Part shown: positions 59,975 through 64,000 of the stretch, piece after piece
Layout: every line of letters starts with the position of its first letter
Position numbering within the stretch: position 1 is the stretch's first letter
Source: Microvirga sp.
GTDB lineage: Bacteria > Pseudomonadota > Alphaproteobacteria > Rhizobiales > Beijerinckiaceae
Length of the DNA stretch: 64,000 nucleotides
Reading direction: 5' to 3'
NCBI GenBank assembly: GCA_035645535.1
Contig: DASQMJ010000056.1
Span: 58,052 to 122,051, forward strand
Position numbers and translations under genes: made by a program
Notes under the pieces: generated by a model
The model's input: the letters and a program-made list of their open reading frames with translations, nothing else
What the model was told of the DNA's origin: nothing
Databases searched by the model: none

Positions 59975-60760
59975 CTACGCGACGAGCTTCCGGTAGAGAT
60001 GCCAGGTCGTATGGCCCAGAACCGGCAGCATTACCGCGATCCCGAGGAAGGCCGGCAGCGCCGCGGTGAAGAGCAGGAGCGTCACGCAGGCGGCCCAGGC
60101 CAGCATCGGCAGGGGATTGCTCATGACCGAGCGCACGCTCGCGATCATGGCCGTGACGAAATCGACCTCCCGGTCCAGCAGCAGCGGGAACGACACGACG
60201 GTCACCGAGAAGGTGACGGTCGCCAGCACGGCACCGACCATATGGCCCACGGCCAGGAAGGCCAGTCCCTCCGGCGTGGTGAAGAGGATGCCCGGGAACG
60301 AACCCGGCGGCAGTCCGTGGAGGCCGAAGAACACGGCGATCAGCAGGCGGACCTGGTACATCCAGATCATGAACAGGAAGACCGTCACGAAGGCCATCCA
60401 GGAGATCTCCTTGCCGCCCTGCGCGAAGATCGCCCCGAAAACGGCCCGCCAGGTCGGCGTCTCGCCCCGCTCGCGTAGCCGGCTGACCTCGTAGAGGCCG
60501 ATGGCCACGAAGGGGCCGATCAGCGTGAAGCCGGCGGCGAGCGGATAGACCAGGTAGACCAGATCCCACAGGAGAGCGCAGCCCAGGATGACGAGCCCGC
60601 CCACGGCGTAGACGGCGCCGAAGAACAGGCCGAAGGCCGGATGGGCCTGGAAGTCCCGCAGGCCTGCTGAAAGCGCGTCGACGAGGTCGCCGAAGCCGAT
60701 GCGCCGGATGACCGGGTCCGCTCGCCGGCCCGGCCCGGCGGTCTGGGTGCTGTCCGTCAT
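59975..60760 (-). CDS. DUF2189 integral membrane protein
   Basis: AGLRDF, GF.LIGPFVAIGLYEVSR, PVLGHTTWHLYR. Confidence 0.9.
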   Translation of the reverse strand: MTDSTQTAGPGRRADPVIRRIGFGDLVDALSAGLRDFQAHPAFGLFFGAVYAVGGLVILGCALLWDLVYLVYPLAAGFTLIGPFVAIGLYEVSRLRERGETPTWRAVFGAIFAQGGKEISWMAFVTVFLFMIWMYQVRLLIAVFFGLHGLPPGSFPGILFTTPEGLAFLAVGHMVGAVLATVTFSVTVVSFPLLLDREVDFVTAMIASVRSVMSNPLPMLAWAACVTLLLFTAALPAFLGIAVMLPVLGHTTWHLYRKLVA

Positions 60761-60953
60761 CGTTTCCTCCCGTGGCCCTCTTCATGCGATGCTCCAGGGC
60801 CAGCCGTGCCCGAAGGCGCGGATCCTGGAAGGATAGAGCGGATCGATCCGCCGCCGATTGAGCCACATCAACCGGACGCCGCGACGTTTCGCGGGCGGGC
60901 GCGAACGCCCGCCTGTCGGTGCCGGGTGGCGCCGTGCGATTCCTGGGGGTGCT

Positions 60954-61334
60954 CTATGCCGGCTCGGTCTCGATGCCCGCCTCGGCCAGGTCCTTGAAGC
61001 CGCCGATGTTGAATACGGAGGTGTAGCCCATGTCCTGGAGGGTCTTGCCGGCGAGCGCCGAGCGGCCGCCGGAGGCGCAGTGCAGCAGGATGGTCTGGTC
61101 CTTCCGGAAGGCCGGGTTGTGGTACTGGCTCTCGGGGTCGGCGCGGAATTCCAGCATCCCGCGGGAGACGTTCAGGGCACCCCTGATCCTGCCGGTCTGC
61201 TGAACCTCGGTCGGATCGCGGACGTCGACCACGAGCACGTCGCCCGACCTGATCCTTTCGGCCGCCTCCGCCGGAGACAGCTTCGGCACAGCGGCGTTCG
61301 CCTCCGCCAGCAGGTCCTTCACGCTCGTGGCCAT
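60954..61334 (-). CDS. Rhodanese-like protein
   Basis: VDVRDP.E, RGMLEF, HCASGGRSALA; GAGGAGG RBS. Confidence 0.9.
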   Translation of the reverse strand: MATSVKDLLAEANAAVPKLSPAEAAERIRSGDVLVVDVRDPTEVQQTGRIRGALNVSRGMLEFRADPESQYHNPAFRKDQTILLHCASGGRSALAGKTLQDMGYTSVFNIGGFKDLAEAGIETEPA

Positions 61335-61465
61335 GATTCCCTCCTCGCTTGGAAGGCCGAATTCTAAAGCGGATCGGGCGCGCCACCAATGCCCCGCATG
61401 GTGGAGGTGGCGCCTCCGGAAACTGCCACGACCACCCTTGAAGGATCCCGCTGCAGTCGCCATTT

Positions 61466-61494
61466 ACCATCCAGGCGGATGGTGAAGGGATGGT
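61466..61494. promoter_or_regulatory. Putative operator of the CopG-like regulator
   Basis: ACCATCC-AGGC-GGATGGT palindrome plus an extra GGATGGT half-site just upstream of the ATG. Confidence 0.6.
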
Positions 61495-61500
61495 AAGACC

Positions 61501-61917
61501 ATGGTCGGCGGAACACAGGACATCCGGCCTCGGGCCGAAAGCGAGAAGATCACGATTAATCTCGGCTTCGTGGACCTCGGCCATATCGACCTCCTGGTGC
61601 AGGAGGGGTTCTATTCCAACAGGACCGACTTCATCCGCACGGCCATCCGCAACCAGCTCGACCGCCACAGCGACAGCGTGAAGAAATCCGTCGACCGGCA
61701 CCAGCTCGATCTGGGGCTGCGCCACTTCACCCGGAAGGACCTCGAAGCGGTCCGCGAGGCCGGCGAGATGCTGCACGTGCAGGTGCTCGGGCTTGCCAGC
61801 ATTGCGCCCGACGTCACGCCGGAGCTGGCGCGGCAGACCATTGCGTCCTTGCACGTGCTCGGGGCGCTCCATGCCAGCGCGGCCGTGAAGGATGCCCTGC
61901 GCGATCGCATGCGCTGA
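61501..61917 (+). CDS. CopG/ribbon-helix-helix family regulator
   Basis: EKITINLG.VDLG.IDLLVQEGFYSNRTDFIRTAIRNQL. Confidence 0.88.
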   Translation: MVGGTQDIRPRAESEKITINLGFVDLGHIDLLVQEGFYSNRTDFIRTAIRNQLDRHSDSVKKSVDRHQLDLGLRHFTRKDLEAVREAGEMLHVQVLGLASIAPDVTPELARQTIASLHVLGALHASAAVKDALRDRMR

Positions 61918-61969
61918 AGATCCCATTCCACAGACCACCGGCGGCTCGGCCGCGAACAGGACCAATCCC

Positions 61970-63193
61970 ATGAACCCACTTTTCAAGAATGCCATGGCCG
62001 AGGCGACCCGGCTCACCCGCGACGGCCGGCTCGGCGACGCCATGACGGCCGTCCGCCGGGCTTTGTCGCGGCCGAAGCCCGCGCCATCCTGGCCCGTGCC
62101 CGAGGAGCCGCCGGCGCAACCTCCGTCGGGGCCGAAGGGGCCGGTGATCGACCTCGAACCGCCTGCGGACGGAAAGGGAGCCTGGGCGGCGGACACGCCG
62201 CCGCGCTCCGAGGCCTCCTGGCGGACGGGCCCGGCTCAAGCCGGCATGCCGGATGGGATGCGCGACCTCCTCGACCGCCTGGGTCAGGCCGGATCCCTTC
62301 CGGGCTTCCAGGGCAGGGCCGAGCCGGCACCGCCGCCGGCGCCACTGCCGGAGGGCGCCAGGTTCGAGGAGCGGGTCTTCGCCAACGGGGCGGGACGGCG
62401 CAGCTACAAGCTCTACGTTCCCGGCAGCCACAAGGGGCAGGCGATGCCGCTCGTGGTGATGCTGCACGGCTGCACTCAATCGCCGGACGACTTCGCCGCC
62501 GGAACGCGCATGAACGAACTGGCCGAGGAGCAGGGCTTCCTCGTCGCCTATCCGGCGCAGGCGAAGCGGGCCAACGCGTCCAAGTGCTGGAACTGGTTCA
62601 ACGTCGCGGACCAGCAGCGCGACCGCGGCGAGCCGTCGCTGATCGCCGGCATCACGCGGGAGATCATGGACCGGTTCGCCGTCGATCCCGGCCGCGTCTA
62701 CGTGGCGGGCCTCTCGGCCGGGGGCGCGGCAGCGGCCATCATGGGGGCGACCTACCCGGACCTCTATGCGGCGGTCGGGGTCCATTCCGGGCTCGCCTGC
62801 GGGGCGGCCCGCGACGTGGCCTCCGCCTTCGCGGCCATGCGCCAGGGCGGGACGCCAAACGGAGGCGCCGGCCGGGCCGTGCCGACCATCGTGTTTCACG
62901 GCGACCGCGACACCACCGTGCACCCGGTCAACGGCGATCACGTCATCGCGCAATCGAAGGCCGATGCGAATCTCAGGGCTTCCGTCGAGAGCGGCCGAAG
63001 CCCGGGCGGCGTGAGCTACACCCGCACGGTGCAGAGCGGCGGAGACGGGCGTCCCGTCTTGGAGCAGTGGGTGCTGCACGGGACCGGCCACGCTTGGTCC
63101 GGCGGCAGTTCGGCCGGCACCTACACCGATCCGCGCGGGCCGGATGCCAGCCGCGAGATGCTGCGCTTCTTCGGCGAGCATCGGCTGCCGTGA
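61970..63193 (+). CDS. PHB depolymerase-family (LpqC-like) esterase
   Basis: MLHGCTQS, CWNWF, GLSAG nucleophile, FHGDRD, HAWSGG. Confidence 0.9.
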   Translation: MNPLFKNAMAEATRLTRDGRLGDAMTAVRRALSRPKPAPSWPVPEEPPAQPPSGPKGPVIDLEPPADGKGAWAADTPPRSEASWRTGPAQAGMPDGMRDLLDRLGQAGSLPGFQGRAEPAPPPAPLPEGARFEERVFANGAGRRSYKLYVPGSHKGQAMPLVVMLHGCTQSPDDFAAGTRMNELAEEQGFLVAYPAQAKRANASKCWNWFNVADQQRDRGEPSLIAGITREIMDRFAVDPGRVYVAGLSAGGAAAAIMGATYPDLYAAVGVHSGLACGAARDVASAFAAMRQGGTPNGGAGRAVPTIVFHGDRDTTVHPVNGDHVIAQSKADANLRASVESGRSPGGVSYTRTVQSGGDGRPVLEQWVLHGTGHAWSGGSSAGTYTDPRGPDASREMLRFFGEHRLP

Positions 63194-63271
63194 GGCTGCA
63201 CGGGGCCGGAAAAAGCGTGGGGGCCGGTCGCCCGGCCCCCACCGAGAATGACGTTGATCGGTTTTCCGCGA

Positions 63272-63952
63272 TCAGCCGCGCCGCTCGATCACGGTCACGA
63301 TCCGGCGGGTGCTCGGCTCGACGATCACGATCTGGTCGCGCACCACCACGTAGCGGCATTCGGGCAGGCCGCGCAGGATGCGCACCACCTCGCTCGGGCA
63401 GGTGTGCAGGGTGGTCACCGTGGTCGGCACCACGGAGCCGACGCTGACGCTGAAGTTCACCTCGCGCAGCGGCTCCACGTTCACGCTCGTGAAGGAGCGG
63501 CTGATCTCGGTCCGCTGCTCGGACGTCACGTTGATGTTGGTCGAGCTCGACGTGCTGCCGGTCGTCGTGGCCGCGCCGCCGGTCGAAGTGCTCGATCCGG
63601 TGGATGCCGCCCCGCCCGACGAAGTGCCCGAAGCGCCGCCCGACGTGGAGCCCGAGGTTCCGCCGCTCGTGCCCGAGGCCGCGCCGCCCGAGGTGCCGCC
63701 GGACGTTCCGCCGCTGGTTCCGCCCGAGGTGGAGCCTGCAGCGCCGCCGCTGGCGCCGCCGGTATCGGTCGCGGCTCCGCCCGAGCTTCCGCCCGTGGCG
63801 CCGGAGGCCCCGCCCGTCGCGCCGCCGGACGAGGTCGCGGCGCCGCCGCTGCCGCTCGTTGCTCCGCCCGTGGAGCCGCCCGTCTGGGCGACCGCCGCAA
63901 CGCTCAGTGAGAGGGCCGCCGCAGCGACCGTGGCCAACAAAGTCACACGCAT
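63272..63952 (-). CDS. Exported DUF1236-like protein with Gly/Ser/Thr-rich linker
   Basis: Signal peptide, (G/S)GG(T/A)S repeats, C-terminal VGSVVP...YVVV...IVIVEPSTRRIV. Confidence 0.82.
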   Translation of the reverse strand: MRVTLLATVAAAALSLSVAAVAQTGGSTGGATSGSGGAATSSGGATGGASGATGGSSGGAATDTGGASGGAAGSTSGGTSGGTSGGTSGGAASGTSGGTSGSTSGGASGTSSGGAASTGSSTSTGGAATTTGSTSSSTNINVTSEQRTEISRSFTSVNVEPLREVNFSVSVGSVVPTTVTTLHTCPSEVVRILRGLPECRYVVVRDQIVIVEPSTRRIVTVIERRG

Positions 63953-64000
63953 CGAGAATTCTCCCTAAACCGAATCCGGAAGGCCCGAAAAAAAGCCTGT

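Noticed and set aside
63560-63890. Tandem 12-bp-like repeats
   Set aside because: They encode the Gly/Ser/Thr low-complexity linker of the DUF1236-like protein, not a separate DNA element

Overview
High-GC alphaproteobacterial chromosome segment. Gene order and content (truB-rpsO-pnp, hslVU, hisBHAFE-coaA, irr-fabA-fabB-fabI, mbfA) point to Hyphomicrobiales, probably Microvirga/Methylobacteriaceae; this taxonomy is inferred. Bases 1-44 kb and 59.8-64 kb are mostly core and stress/detox genes (ars operon, MbfA with a perfect Irr box, several EcfG-type promoters). tRNA-Leu(CAG) at 44248-44332 carries two tandem integrative elements (about 44.3-53.6 kb and 53.6-59.8 kb). Each has its own tyrosine integrase, its own paired arm-type repeats, a serine resolvase and lower-GC, defence-like cargo. 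Most notable candidates: (1) an orphan flagellin with a complete vWA/MIDAS domain in its surface-exposed variable region; (2) a DUF3800 RNase-H-fold gene inserted in the his operon, facing a promoter-plus-terminator-bounded RNA of about 65 nt; (3) a reversed hipA kinase / XRE-HTH-plus-extra-domain pair and other putative anti-phage cargo in the islands. No CRISPR array, rRNA or phage structural genes are visible. All family assignments come from motif recognition by eye, not database searches.
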